Shown here: positions 37,545 through 47,121 of the stretch, piece after piece
Layout: each line of letters begins with the position of its first letter
Numbering within the stretch: the stretch's first letter is position 1
Source: a virus
Strand: one strand, 5' to 3'
IMG/VR virus record: IMGVR_UViG_3300010398_001198
Coordinates: 32,001 to 96,000 of that record
DNA: 64,000 bases
Position numbers and translations under genes: made by a program
Notes under the pieces: generated by a model
Database searches by the model: none
Seen by the model: the letters and a program-made list of their open reading frames with translations, nothing else
What the model was told of the DNA's origin: nothing

Positions 37545-38072
37545 GTGATGCCACCTGATGAGTATTGTTGGCAGTACATGAGTGCCCTGCTGGGCGTGCT
37601 GGTGCTGCTCCTCATCGCCTGCCTCTTTGGCGCCTGTACTGCGGCGCAGCAAGGTCCGCCGATTCCTGACGTTCTGCCCCTCACGGCACCGGAGCCCGTG
37701 CCCGCCCCGGCTCTGCCTCTACCTCTGCCTGCCGCTGTCCCTGGCCCGGCTGTTGCGCCGCAGCAGTTCCGGGCCTGGGTCCCGCCGCAGACGACGGCAG
37801 CCGGTGACCGCATCGAGGGCCATTGGGCCGTGATTTCCCTGACCCCGCCTCCCGCAGAGACCTTGGAGCCTGCCAAGACGATCCCGCGTACGCCGCGCCA
37901 GGTCATCCCGGCGAAGGTGAGCACGGCACCGATTGCCCGGCCACAACCGGCGGATATGCCCACCCCCGTCCTGCCGGGACAGGCGCCACTGTTTGGCACG
38001 CCGCCGATGCTGGCCGTGCCCAGTGCTCCCACGCTGGCACCGCCCGTCCTGCTGCCTGGAGGGACGCCGTAA
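37545..38072 (+). CDS. traV: TraV-like lipoprotein
   Basis: Lipobox-like LFGAC; FRAWVPPQTTAAGDRIEGHW motif; Pro-rich. Confidence 0.7.
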   Translation: MMPPDEYCWQYMSALLGVLVLLLIACLFGACTAAQQGPPIPDVLPLTAPEPVPAPALPLPLPAAVPGPAVAPQQFRAWVPPQTTAAGDRIEGHWAVISLTPPPAETLEPAKTIPRTPRQVIPAKVSTAPIARPQPADMPTPVLPGQAPLFGTPPMLAVPSAPTLAPPVLLPGGTP

Positions 38073-40630
38073 TGGCACCGCCGTCGTTTGCCACCCTGTT
38101 GCCCCACTCGGTCCTTCTGGATCACGAGCAAGGGATTGTCCTGCTCATGACCTCGCCCAGTCGCTGGCAGGCCCCGCGGCTGGCCCTGGGGTGTGCGTGG
38201 GCCGTCGAGCCGCGCAATATCGAAGTGCTCGATGAGAGCGTCTGCACAGACATTGCGCGCATGCACGAAAGTCTCCTCAAGAGCTTGCCGCAGGGAGCTG
38301 CCCTGCAAACGATCATGACCATTCTGCCTGCCACGGAGGCGCCGGCCTGGACGGCCTTGCGGCCAACGACGACCGATGCTCCCGCGCAGGCTTTGCTGCT
38401 CCAGGAGCAACAGATGGCCCTGGCGGACGGGTTGCCGCACCGCGACGGCACCACATTGGGGCGGTTGCGCACGGTGCAGACCCTGGTGACCGTGCGTGTC
38501 CCCCTGCAGGGACTCCTACCCACGGTGACGCGCCTGGTGCGGAGTGTGCTCGCCTTGCCGCAGCACCATCGGCGTTCCTTAGGGCAGCGCCTGGCTGCGG
38601 AGTTGGAGGAGACGTTGGCGCATCTCGGGTCCTTGCGGCACGGCATTACGGAAACGTTGCGCAGCGTCGGGCATCGCGTCGAGGCGCTCGACGGGACAGC
38701 GCTGGGGCAGGCCCTGGCGCGTGCACTCGATCCCTCTGCATCCGGTGTGCCGGCGATTGACGCGACCAGTCCCCTCGGGGAGCAGGTCCTGCAACGGCCC
38801 CTCACCCAAGTCCCCGGTGGCTTTGGCTATGTCGATGCCACTGGCACGCTGACCGAGGTGGCGCAGATGCTCTCCCTGCATCATGCCCCGCCGCAGACCT
38901 ATCCGGGCATCCTGTGTGCGCCCCGGGCGCCCGCCAGTACGAAACCGTTGGCCCTCTGGCAGGCCTGGGCGGGGCCGCTGACGCTGGTGGTCAATGTGGC
39001 CGCCGTCGATAGCCAGGCCGAGAAAAGCCGCTTGCAATGGAAGGCCCGCCTGGCAAGCTGGCACGGCAAAGAGCAGGAGAGCGACAGCAGCGATGCGGAG
39101 AACGTGACCCTGAAAAAAGAACTCCAGACGCTCTTGCAGACGCTCTTTGTGACCGGTGGGCAGATCTATTGGGGCCGCGTGCATGTGGTGCTCTGGGGCG
39201 AGCCACGCGCCGTCAAGCGTGGCCTCGACGAGGTCCAACGGTTGGGGCGGAGCCTGGACCTGGAATTTGCCCCGGAGCCTGGCGCCCTGGGGTCCACCCT
39301 CTGGTTGCAGACGCTGCCCCTCGGCTTTGACCCGGCCTATCCCGCAGAGAAGATCCTGCAACGTGCCCGGCGTATTCCGGGGGACATTCTCTCGGACCTG
39401 CTGACCCTCTACGGCGGCTGTCGCGGCACGGCCACGCCCGGGCTGCTCTATCTCAATCAGCGCGGCGAGACCGCCACCTGGCACCCCTTTGACTCGGCGA
39501 CGAACCCGCACCTCATTATTACCGGGACGTCCGGCGCGGGCAAAACCTTTACCGTGGCGCACCTGGTCAATCAGTTAATGCCCCTCGGGGCGACGATGGT
39601 CCTTGTGGATCCGCTCACCAATTACCGGCAGCTCTGTGAGCTCTGGCAGGGGGACTATGTGGCCTTGGGCTTTGAGCGCCCGCCCTGCATCAATCCCTTT
39701 GCGGGGCCGCTCGACAGCCAGCATGTCTCCTTTCTCACGGCCATCCTGGCGCAGATGGCCGGGGGCGGCGGCGATCGGCTGACCTGGGAAGAGTTTAATG
39801 TGCTGGGGAACGCCGTGGGCTATTTTGCGCAGCACTGGGACACGCAGCGCGGCGAGCCCACGCTGGGCGTGTTTCATCAGGAAGTGTTGCAGGAGGGGAT
39901 CTTTGAAGAGAAAGATCGGCGCTCGCGCATGCTGGGGCGCCAACTGGCCCGCAAGCTCGGGCTCTTTGTCGGCAACGGCCCCTATGTCCCCTTTCTCAAT
40001 GGTCCCAACACGTTTCGCGTTCGCCCAGGCTTGACGCTCCTGGAGTTGAATCAATTGGAGAAAGCGAAGGACCTGCAAGCCATTCTGTTCTTTGCGCAGG
40101 TGCACTTTTACACGACCTTTTTCCGCGACCCGCAGCACTTCTATACCCCCAAATACATCCTGTTTGACGAGGTGTGGGCGTTTGACAAGTTTCCGCAAAC
40201 GGCGGATGAGGTCGATAAGATCGTCCGCACCTACCGCAACTTTCATACCTGTGCCGGCTTTCTCTCGCAGGATGTCAAAACATGGGATACCCCGATGGGG
40301 CAGGTGATTCGGTCGATTGCCGGGCTGCGGCTCTTTCTCCAGCAAGCCGGGGGCGAGCTCCCGAAACTCAAGGACCTCTTTGACTTGACCGACGCCGAGA
40401 TGCAGGTCTTTCGGCAGGTGAAACGGCATGCTGACTGGTCGAGTGGCTACCTCCAGGTGGACGGCGGCCACGGCGGCGTCCTCCGCCTGATTCCGGATCT
40501 GTATACCAAACTCCTCATGGCGCAAGACAGTGCGCTGGCCCAGCGGCGCCGGGCACTCCTCGCGGAGACCGGTGGCGATCTGGCCCGCACGATGCGCACC
40601 TTGCTCCAGGAGGCGCGGGCGCATGCGTGA
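38072..40630 (+). CDS. traC: TraC/VirB4 ATPase
   Basis: Walker A GTSGAGKT, Walker B ILFDEVW, RTYRN..CAGFLSQ; start at 38072 coupled to traV. Confidence 0.92.
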   Translation: MAPPSFATLLPHSVLLDHEQGIVLLMTSPSRWQAPRLALGCAWAVEPRNIEVLDESVCTDIARMHESLLKSLPQGAALQTIMTILPATEAPAWTALRPTTTDAPAQALLLQEQQMALADGLPHRDGTTLGRLRTVQTLVTVRVPLQGLLPTVTRLVRSVLALPQHHRRSLGQRLAAELEETLAHLGSLRHGITETLRSVGHRVEALDGTALGQALARALDPSASGVPAIDATSPLGEQVLQRPLTQVPGGFGYVDATGTLTEVAQMLSLHHAPPQTYPGILCAPRAPASTKPLALWQAWAGPLTLVVNVAAVDSQAEKSRLQWKARLASWHGKEQESDSSDAENVTLKKELQTLLQTLFVTGGQIYWGRVHVVLWGEPRAVKRGLDEVQRLGRSLDLEFAPEPGALGSTLWLQTLPLGFDPAYPAEKILQRARRIPGDILSDLLTLYGGCRGTATPGLLYLNQRGETATWHPFDSATNPHLIITGTSGAGKTFTVAHLVNQLMPLGATMVLVDPLTNYRQLCELWQGDYVALGFERPPCINPFAGPLDSQHVSFLTAILAQMAGGGGDRLTWEEFNVLGNAVGYFAQHWDTQRGEPTLGVFHQEVLQEGIFEEKDRRSRMLGRQLARKLGLFVGNGPYVPFLNGPNTFRVRPGLTLLELNQLEKAKDLQAILFFAQVHFYTTFFRDPQHFYTPKYILFDEVWAFDKFPQTADEVDKIVRTYRNFHTCAGFLSQDVKTWDTPMGQVIRSIAGLRLFLQQAGGELPKLKDLFDLTDAEMQVFRQVKRHADWSSGYLQVDGGHGGVLRLIPDLYTKLLMAQDSALAQRRRALLAETGGDLARTMRTLLQEARAHA

Positions 40631-41093
40631 TCCCAAGCCCGTGCTCCTCCTGCTGTGCCTGCAAGGGTTGGGCCTCATGCTCCTCGCCGGCTGGTGGGCA
40701 ATGCAGCCGGCAGACGAGCGGGTCGGGCGCCTCGTCACCCTGGCGGTGCAGGAACAGGCACCGCTGCCGCCGCCACGGGATCTCCTGGGGCAAGCCCAGT
40801 GGCTGCGCCTGCATCGGCAGCAAACGGGGCAGGGCCTGCTCGGGCTCCTCGCCGTGGGCTTCGTCATCGGGATCGGGGAAGGGCTGGCGACCCGCGCAAC
40901 GGACCGCCTGGCGGGCTTTCGGCTTCAGCGCTGGACGTGTGGCGTGGTGGGCGTGGCGCTGGTGCCGGGACTGGTGGCGGCCTATCTCGTCCTGCCCTGG
41001 CCCCTGCCACTGCGGCTGGTGGGCGGCGCGGGCTGTGGTCTGCTGGCCGTCATGGGCTGGTGTCTGTGTGCAGGGAAACCGTATATTGCCTAA
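40623..41093 (+). CDS. Conjugation-associated membrane protein (DUF4400-like)
   Basis: Four hydrophobic segments; VIGIGEGL..R pattern. Confidence 0.55.
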   Translation: MRDPKPVLLLLCLQGLGLMLLAGWWAMQPADERVGRLVTLAVQEQAPLPPPRDLLGQAQWLRLHRQQTGQGLLGLLAVGFVIGIGEGLATRATDRLAGFRLQRWTCGVVGVALVPGLVAAYLVLPWPLPLRLVGGAGCGLLAVMGWCLCAGKPYIA

Positions 41094-41097
41094 ATGA

Positions 41098-41126
41098 TTG
41101 AATTTACTATGAATTATGGGTATAAT
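41098..41126 (+). promoter_or_regulatory. Strong internal sigma70 promoter ahead of the HNH gene
   Basis: TTGAAT-N17-TATAAT. Confidence 0.75.
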
Positions 41127-41207
41127 AAGGCAAGAAATGCAACGCCTTGCGACGATGTGTGGTGCATCGCCACAAGGCTCCACCCTTATATCTGGTTAGG
41201 AGATATC

Positions 41208-42389
41208 ATGGGTAGTATCCAAATCATTGCCTCTCGTTGTGCCCTCTGTCAAGACGATCCACGCTCCTTTCGTTCATATGCTTCTGTCATTGATATCAGT
41301 GGACAGACCTTTCATCGGCTGACGGTCGAGCATTTTGTCGGTATCGGACGTGCGCGACTAGCCTTCTGGTGTTGCCGGTGCGCCTGTGGTCAGGGGGCTA
41401 TTGTGAGCGGCAACGCGCTGCGCCATGATTCCACGAAATCCTGTGGTTGCCTTGTCCATGAGACGGTCAATGCCGGGCAGTTTCAGCCGACGCATGGGAT
41501 GACCAACACACCACTCTTTCGGACGTGGTGCAACATGCTGACCCGCTGTCTGAATGCCCATTCTCCTGATTATGAGCGCTACGGCGCTCGCGGTATCACC
41601 GTGTGCCCTCAGTGGCAGGCCTCGTTTGAAACGTTTCTGGCAGATGTCGGAGAGCGTCCAGCAGGGATGACCCTGGATCGTATTGACGTCAATCGTCCCT
41701 ATGAGCCGGGCAATGTGCTCTGGAGTTCTCCACGGGAGCAAAGCAATAACAAACGGAACAATCATTTCTTGACCTTTCAAGGACGATGCCTTTCGTTGGC
41801 GCAATGGGCGATAGAGCGTGACATTCCCTATGCAGCCTTATGTAGTCGCGTGAGGGCGGGCTGGGCTGTCGAGAAAATCTTGACGACACCTGTTCGGATA
41901 CGCCAACGCTCGCTTCCCTCTGCCGAGTCAGCACAACCAAGAAAGGGCTGGGGCAAATACAGCCATGGCATGAGTAAGACGCGCCTGCATCGGATTTGGC
42001 GGGGGATTCTCAATCGGTGTCTCAATACGCGCACGCCAGCCTTTCCCGACTATGGCGGGAGAGGCATCATGATCTGTGAGCGGTGGCGGCAATCCTTTCT
42101 GGCTTTTTATGAGGACGTGGGCGATGCGCCAGATGGCATGAGCTTGGAGCGTCTTGATAACGCTGGCCATTATGAGCCTGGCAATGTGCGGTGGGCTTCC
42201 CCGTTAGAACAAGCCAACAACAAACGGAACACGCGCCTGCTTCGCTATGCGGGAAAAGCACAATCTGTCGCTGCGTGGGCGCGTGAACAAGGATTACCAC
42301 TGGCGACTGTTTGGGGCCGCTTGCGATTGGGGTGGTCTGTCGCGGATACCTTATCAATCCCTGCCAAACGACAGCAAGGAGTGCTCTGA
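41208..42389 (+). CDS. Double-domain HNH homing endonuclease
   Basis: CRCACG...TKSCGC; two copies of HGM..T.L..W..M..RC.N.....Y..YG.RGI..C..W..SF..F..DVG..P.GM.L.R.D....YEPGNV.W....EQ.NNKRN. Confidence 0.9.
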   Translation: MGSIQIIASRCALCQDDPRSFRSYASVIDISGQTFHRLTVEHFVGIGRARLAFWCCRCACGQGAIVSGNALRHDSTKSCGCLVHETVNAGQFQPTHGMTNTPLFRTWCNMLTRCLNAHSPDYERYGARGITVCPQWQASFETFLADVGERPAGMTLDRIDVNRPYEPGNVLWSSPREQSNNKRNNHFLTFQGRCLSLAQWAIERDIPYAALCSRVRAGWAVEKILTTPVRIRQRSLPSAESAQPRKGWGKYSHGMSKTRLHRIWRGILNRCLNTRTPAFPDYGGRGIMICERWRQSFLAFYEDVGDAPDGMSLERLDNAGHYEPGNVRWASPLEQANNKRNTRLLRYAGKAQSVAAWAREQGLPLATVWGRLRLGWSVADTLSIPAKRQQGVL

Positions 42390-43660
42390 TGATTACAGCT
42401 CTTGTGCGACGTCTCCTTTTCCCGAGCATATTTTGTATGCTCCTCCCGTCTCTGGTCTCTGCTGATCTATGGGATGATGCTCGAAAGGCGACAAGAGCAG
42501 ATATCGCTTTTCAAGATGCCGCAGGAAATACCATCCGAGGGACCGTGAATTTCCAGAGCGGTCAAAGCCAAGCCAATGTCACATTATTTCGGGGCAATGC
42601 GCAAGTGGGTGGTCCCTGTGGCAGCTTCAATCTCGGCGCTTCCCTGAAAGACGCGTTTGAGACCATCCCCGATCTTCTCCAAACAGCAGGCGAGGCAGTC
42701 TTACAGGAATTGCCACTATTAGTATTATGTTATTCTGCACCTAGCGTCTGTGATATTTTCAAGCATTACTCCTCGCTCATCTCGGCGCTGGTGCAGGCGC
42801 GCTATGCCTCCTGCCAGCAGATCCAGACGGCGATGAGTTACGGTGGCATGCGGTTGCGGGGGGGCGCGGTCAGTCAGTGCTTGGAGGAACAGGCGAACAC
42901 GGGCGCGACCCTCAACCAGGCGATGGCGACCTGCAACGGGCGCGTCGATGCGCTGCGCCGGCCTGATGGGACCACTGGCATTGAAGCGAATCTCATCAAA
43001 GACACCCTGGCTGCAGCCGGCGCCAGTACGGAATCCCAGACCCTGGCCCATAGCCTCCTGGGGGAAGTGACGTTGCGCGCCGGCGGCAACCAGCTCACGG
43101 CGCAGTCCGAACGGCCTCAGGCCGCGCTCCTGGCCCAGTATGCGGAACGGCGGGTGGCGGCCGAGCAGCGCTTGCGGGATGCGGTGCAAGAGTACCGCGA
43201 CACCGGCACGCTCTCGCCGGCCACGCAGCAGGGGCTCTCCGTGCCTGGCCAACCGCTGCCACGCGTCGTCCTGGATGCCCTGGTGACGCTGGACAGTGAT
43301 CCGGTGCGTCGGGATGTGTACGTGGGCAAGCTGGCGACTGGGGTCGCCCTGACGCAACTCGTCTGGGACTGCCACCAGCTCAGTGATGAACTCCAGGCGG
43401 CGATTCAGGCCAACAACCATCTCACGGATGAGGCGCGGCGACTGCTCGAAGCCAAGCATACCGCGCTGCGGCAGAACCTGGCGGAAGTTTTGCAGAAGGT
43501 CGAAGTGATGGAAAAACAATATCAGCCGGCGATTGACACCCTCCTGCGGGAGTACACCGCCGTGCAGCAACAGGCCACCAGTGTGGGGTTGCGGGCACCC
43601 GCCGTGACGGTGCCGAGTATGCCCTACCGGACCCAGACACCCATGGGCTACGGACGCTAG
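42389..43660 (+). CDS. TraH/PFL_4711-like conjugal transfer protein
   Basis: Signal peptide; GPCGSFNLGASLK motif; helical/coiled-coil C-terminus; upstream of the traG-like gene. Confidence 0.6.
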   Translation: MITALVRRLLFPSIFCMLLPSLVSADLWDDARKATRADIAFQDAAGNTIRGTVNFQSGQSQANVTLFRGNAQVGGPCGSFNLGASLKDAFETIPDLLQTAGEAVLQELPLLVLCYSAPSVCDIFKHYSSLISALVQARYASCQQIQTAMSYGGMRLRGGAVSQCLEEQANTGATLNQAMATCNGRVDALRRPDGTTGIEANLIKDTLAAAGASTESQTLAHSLLGEVTLRAGGNQLTAQSERPQAALLAQYAERRVAAEQRLRDAVQEYRDTGTLSPATQQGLSVPGQPLPRVVLDALVTLDSDPVRRDVYVGKLATGVALTQLVWDCHQLSDELQAAIQANNHLTDEARRLLEAKHTALRQNLAEVLQKVEVMEKQYQPAIDTLLREYTAVQQQATSVGLRAPAVTVPSMPYRTQTPMGYGR

Positions 43661-43713
43661 GAGGGGTTATCGACTTCCTCTTTCTCTCATTACCCGAAGC
43701 CCTCTACGGCTAC

Positions 43714-45147
43714 ATGGGATTATCAATCCAGGCCCTCATCCGGGGCTCCGCCTTGCGCCAGCTGCCCCGCGTGATTGTGCTGGGCTGGTCTCTGGCCCTC
43801 CTCGCACGCGTCATGTTTCGTGGGGGCAGTCTGCGCCCGCTGGTGACCTACTTTGTCAGCAGCCTCCTCATCGGGATCCTCTTCTGGCCCGAAGCGGTCA
43901 TCTTTGGCCGGCGCACCGCCTTTGTCACGGATGCGACCCGCGTGACCTCCTATGTGGCCAGTCAGGACCCCGGCGCCGAGGTGGTGACCGCGGCGGATAC
44001 GCAGCAGGTGCCGCCCTTCCTGCAACCGCCGAGTCTGATTGCGCCGGGCTTTGGCATCCTCCTGCGCGCCTGGACGAACTTCTCGCTGGCCATCGCCCGT
44101 GCCATCAACAGCGAGACGCATCAACCCTTCCACAGTCTCCTGCCCATGCAGTGGCTGCTCGGGGTGTCGCTCACGACGGACATCACCAACGGCATTGCCG
44201 ACTGGGTGCACAACTGCTACCTGCCGGTGCAGACGATGACGTTGGAAGCGCAGCAGGGGCGGACGGTGGATGACCTGCTCCCCTGGGGCGACACGCCCTT
44301 ACGCCAGGGCTTAGCGACCCGCAGTGTCATTCCCGGCGCGCAGACGGGCATCACCTTCATGCAGAGCACGGCGGCCAGTCGTGAGGTGGCCTGTGATGTC
44401 TACCTCGACGCGCTCGAAAGTGACACACAAGCGTGGCTGTTCCAACTGCGGACGCCGCGCAATACGCCGCTGCTCCAGGTCTTTCAAGAGGACCTCGGCA
44501 TGGAGCCCCAGACACAGGCGCGCTTTATCCTGTACCGGGAAATGCTGCGGGCCTCGCAGGGAGGTGGCGTGCCGGCGCCGAGCCTGACCGGGACGTATGC
44601 CGCGCTGCGCGGCCTCGCGGTGGGCGGGCAAGCCGTGAGCGGGGCTGCGACGGGCTGGCTCTCCGGCATTGGGGCGCTGATTGGCACAGCCACAGGCACG
44701 GTGCGCGGGCTTGGCACCGAGTTCCAGGCGGTCATGAGTGGGCTGTCCTGGCTTATCCGGGCGGCGATTCTCCTGGTGTGGTTTGCGCCCTATGTGGTGG
44801 GGATCGTCACCATGGTGCACATCGCGCTCTTCCCCATCGTGCTCCTCTGGGTCTTCCTCAGCCCCGGCTCGCAACTCGTCATCCTGGCGCAGTACTTTGT
44901 CGCGCTGCTCTTTACCTCGTCGATTCCCCTCTGGTGGGCACTCGTGGACCAGGTGACGAAACTGGCGGCCAGCGCGGTGCCCAGTGCGGGCAGTGGGTAT
45001 GATGCCGCCATCCTGGGCTTCCTGACCTCTGGGCTGTGGGTAGCGACCCTGACGGCTGTGGGTATTCTGCTCATCCCGGTCATCACGTGGAGCATCTATT
45101 TTAAGACGTTTCGCTATATCAATGGACTGGCGCGTGTCGGCGCCTAG
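43714..45147 (+). CDS. TraG-N/VirB6-like polytopic membrane protein
   Basis: Several TM segments; VHNCYLP...CDVY motifs. The only good RBS (GGAGG at 43660) suggests the start may be ~15 codons earlier at a non-ATG codon. Confidence 0.65.
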   Translation: MGLSIQALIRGSALRQLPRVIVLGWSLALLARVMFRGGSLRPLVTYFVSSLLIGILFWPEAVIFGRRTAFVTDATRVTSYVASQDPGAEVVTAADTQQVPPFLQPPSLIAPGFGILLRAWTNFSLAIARAINSETHQPFHSLLPMQWLLGVSLTTDITNGIADWVHNCYLPVQTMTLEAQQGRTVDDLLPWGDTPLRQGLATRSVIPGAQTGITFMQSTAASREVACDVYLDALESDTQAWLFQLRTPRNTPLLQVFQEDLGMEPQTQARFILYREMLRASQGGGVPAPSLTGTYAALRGLAVGGQAVSGAATGWLSGIGALIGTATGTVRGLGTEFQAVMSGLSWLIRAAILLVWFAPYVVGIVTMVHIALFPIVLLWVFLSPGSQLVILAQYFVALLFTSSIPLWWALVDQVTKLAASAVPSAGSGYDAAILGFLTSGLWVATLTAVGILLIPVITWSIYFKTFRYINGLARVGA

Positions 45148-45155
45148 GACAGGGA

Positions 45156-45276
45156 GTTTTAAGTTGGAAGTTTTAAGTTTTAAGGGGGAAAGGTTCAGAA
45201 GATGGTACGCGACTACATCAGTCTCCGACCGTAACCCTTCAAACTTCACCCTTAACCCTCTTCTCCGAAGGAGAAG
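45156..45276 (+). promoter_or_regulatory. Heptad-array element, copy C
   Basis: GTTTTAA GTTGGAA GTTTTAA GTTTTAA, 44-nt core (GGGGGAAAG..GAAGATGGTACGCGACTACATCAGTCTCCG), ACCGTAA CCCTTCA AACTTCA CCCTTAA, CCCTCTTCTCCGAAGGAGA-GCCCATG; closely matches copy A. Confidence 0.9.
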
Positions 45277-45279
45277 CCC

Positions 45280-45642
45280 ATGTCTGCTCCACTGCTCGTG
45301 ATCAGTCGGCCCATCTACTACCCCCGCCATACCCTGGAGCCCTTGCCGGGGACACCCTGGCTGCGGCCGGCCTCGCTCCTGCGTCGGGCGCTCCCCCTGC
45401 TGCTCAGTGCGGTGGCGCTCCTTGGGGTGACGGCGGCGGCGAAACAGGCCCCGGCGCTGCTGGCCGTTACGGTCATTGTCGGCATCGTGGGCGTGGTGAT
45501 CATTGGTGGAGGCCTGGCGACGATCAACCAGGTGCAGGTGTGTCCACACTGTCTGGGCGGCATGGGCCTCGGGGCCAGCCGCTGTGGGCAGTGTGGGTTC
45601 CGCGCGTCAGCGAACCCCACACGAAGGAAGGTTGATGAGTAA
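45280..45642 (+). CDS. Membrane protein with a C-terminal zinc ribbon
   Basis: Two TM segments, CPHC...CGQCG. Confidence 0.7.
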   Translation: MSAPLLVISRPIYYPRHTLEPLPGTPWLRPASLLRRALPLLLSAVALLGVTAAAKQAPALLAVTVIVGIVGVVIIGGGLATINQVQVCPHCLGGMGLGASRCGQCGFRASANPTRRKVDE

Positions 45643-45865
45643 ACGGCTCTCGATCCATGAGGATGTCTACGACCGTCTGACGCAGCTCGCAGCCCGCTAT
45701 AACTGTTCGGTCACGCGACTGCTCGTCGAACTGGCGGACCTCGGGGAACTCCTGAGCGAGGCCAGTCGCCTGGAATTTCACCTGCCCGAGCAGACCGGGG
45801 GCACCATGCGGGTCTGGCTCCCCGGCACCGGACTCCTCTGGCCGCATCTCGAGCCCCTGCCATGA
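45635..45865 (+). CDS. Ribbon-helix-helix (CopG/Arc-like) DNA-binding protein
   Basis: MSKRLSIHEDVYDRLTQLAARYNCSVTRLLVEL. Confidence 0.65.
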   Translation: MSKRLSIHEDVYDRLTQLAARYNCSVTRLLVELADLGELLSEASRLEFHLPEQTGGTMRVWLPGTGLLWPHLEPLP

Positions 45866-47121
45866 GAATGCTGCTGGTAGGGCTGCTGCTCAGCCTCGCG
45901 ATGCGGGTGCAGGCCGGGGAGGTGACGCTGGCCTTTGAGTATGAGCTCGACTTGCAATCCTCGGTCTCGTTTACCTTGCATGTGGTGGGCGCCCATGGGG
46001 GGCAGGCTGCCGCCCAGGATCTGCCGGTGGCGCTGTTGCCTCGGTGTCCGACGACGGCCACGTTTACCCCGCTCGTCGAGACCGTCTGTGTGCAGCTCTG
46101 CCTGGAGCCGGATGACTATAGTCTCACGGCGCAGGCGCATCGGGGCGTCGAAGCGAGCCCGTTCTCCAACATCCTGGACGTGGACCTGCGCGTGACCACG
46201 CCCTGTACCCTGCCGCTGCCTCCACCCCCGCCGGACAAGAAGCGCCATGCCTTTCCCATTCCGCCGCCCCCTCTTCCCATCCCCGTCGCGACGGATACGG
46301 TACTGGCCGATCTCCCCAATCCAGGATGCGTGACGTGGAAGATCACGGGTGCCTGCTTCTGCAATCCGTTCACCCCCTGCGTGTCGGTCTCCTATTATGA
46401 GCCGGCCTATCTCGTCGAGGTGGTGAAGCAGCCCGGCACCACGCTGCTCACACTGGGGCAACCGCTGCTCGCGGCGGCGCTGAAGGCCGCCGGACTCAGT
46501 CTGTGGGGTGGGGGTGGCGCAGCCAATGCGACCGGCGACGGGCAGACGAATAAACATTATGCCGAGGCGCACGTGTGGCAATTTCCGCAGCTCCTCGGCG
46601 GCCCCTGCACGGGCTGTGCGCCGAGTGGGACGTTCACGCTGCACTACGCCAGCGAGCTCGATCTGCCCACCTGGCGCACCGCCACGGCGGCTCCCACGCC
46701 GCTCGACCTGGTGCAGCAGATTGGTGTCTGGGCGCGGCTCTATCCGCGTGGCGGCACGGTCATCCATTCCAGCGAAGTCATCGCCAGTGCGGTCACGGCG
46801 ATCCGGGCCATGGACATTACCCGGCAGCCCATTGGCACCCCGCCCAACGTCGATGTCCATCGCATTCTGCAACCGATCCCGGACGATCATACCTGTGCCC
46901 AGATGGCGCTGCCCAAGCGTCTGCCCTGCATGACGCCGGGCACACCTCCGCCCCTGTGGGAAACCGGGACGACCTCGAAACAGGGAAACTATTTACTGGT
47001 CTTTTGGCGTCAACGTACGTGCTGCGTCGAACCTGCACGCGCCACCTGCGGCATCACCGTGCCGGGTGTGGGTGGCCAAGGAGCCAATCTATGTCTGTTA
47101 CCACCCTTGCCTACGCCGTAG
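45862..47121 (+). CDS. traU: TraU/PFL_4710-like protein with an N-terminal FN3-like domain
   Basis: CVTWKITGAC...VSYYEP..LVEVV...HYASELD..WR...GVWARLYPRGG...SAVTAIRA; Cys-rich. Confidence 0.85.
   Translation: MRMLLVGLLLSLAMRVQAGEVTLAFEYELDLQSSVSFTLHVVGAHGGQAAAQDLPVALLPRCPTTATFTPLVETVCVQLCLEPDDYSLTAQAHRGVEASPFSNILDVDLRVTTPCTLPLPPPPPDKKRHAFPIPPPPLPIPVATDTVLADLPNPGCVTWKITGACFCNPFTPCVSVSYYEPAYLVEVVKQPGTTLLTLGQPLLAAALKAAGLSLWGGGGAANATGDGQTNKHYAEAHVWQFPQLLGGPCTGCAPSGTFTLHYASELDLPTWRTATAAPTPLDLVQQIGVWARLYPRGGTVIHSSEVIASAVTAIRAMDITRQPIGTPPNVDVHRILQPIPDDHTCAQMALPKRLPCMTPGTPPPLWETGTTSKQGNYLLVFWRQRTCCVEPARATCGITVPGVGGQGANLCLLPPLPTP

Noticed and set aside
19684-45276. Heptad elements as recombination sites for a 25-kb inversion (A and C are inverted)
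   Set aside because: The 6-bp centres of the palindromes differ (ACATGC, GCATCT, GCGACT), which disfavours tyrosine-recombinase exchange, and every copy ends in RBS-ATG. Not fully excluded; long reads would settle it.
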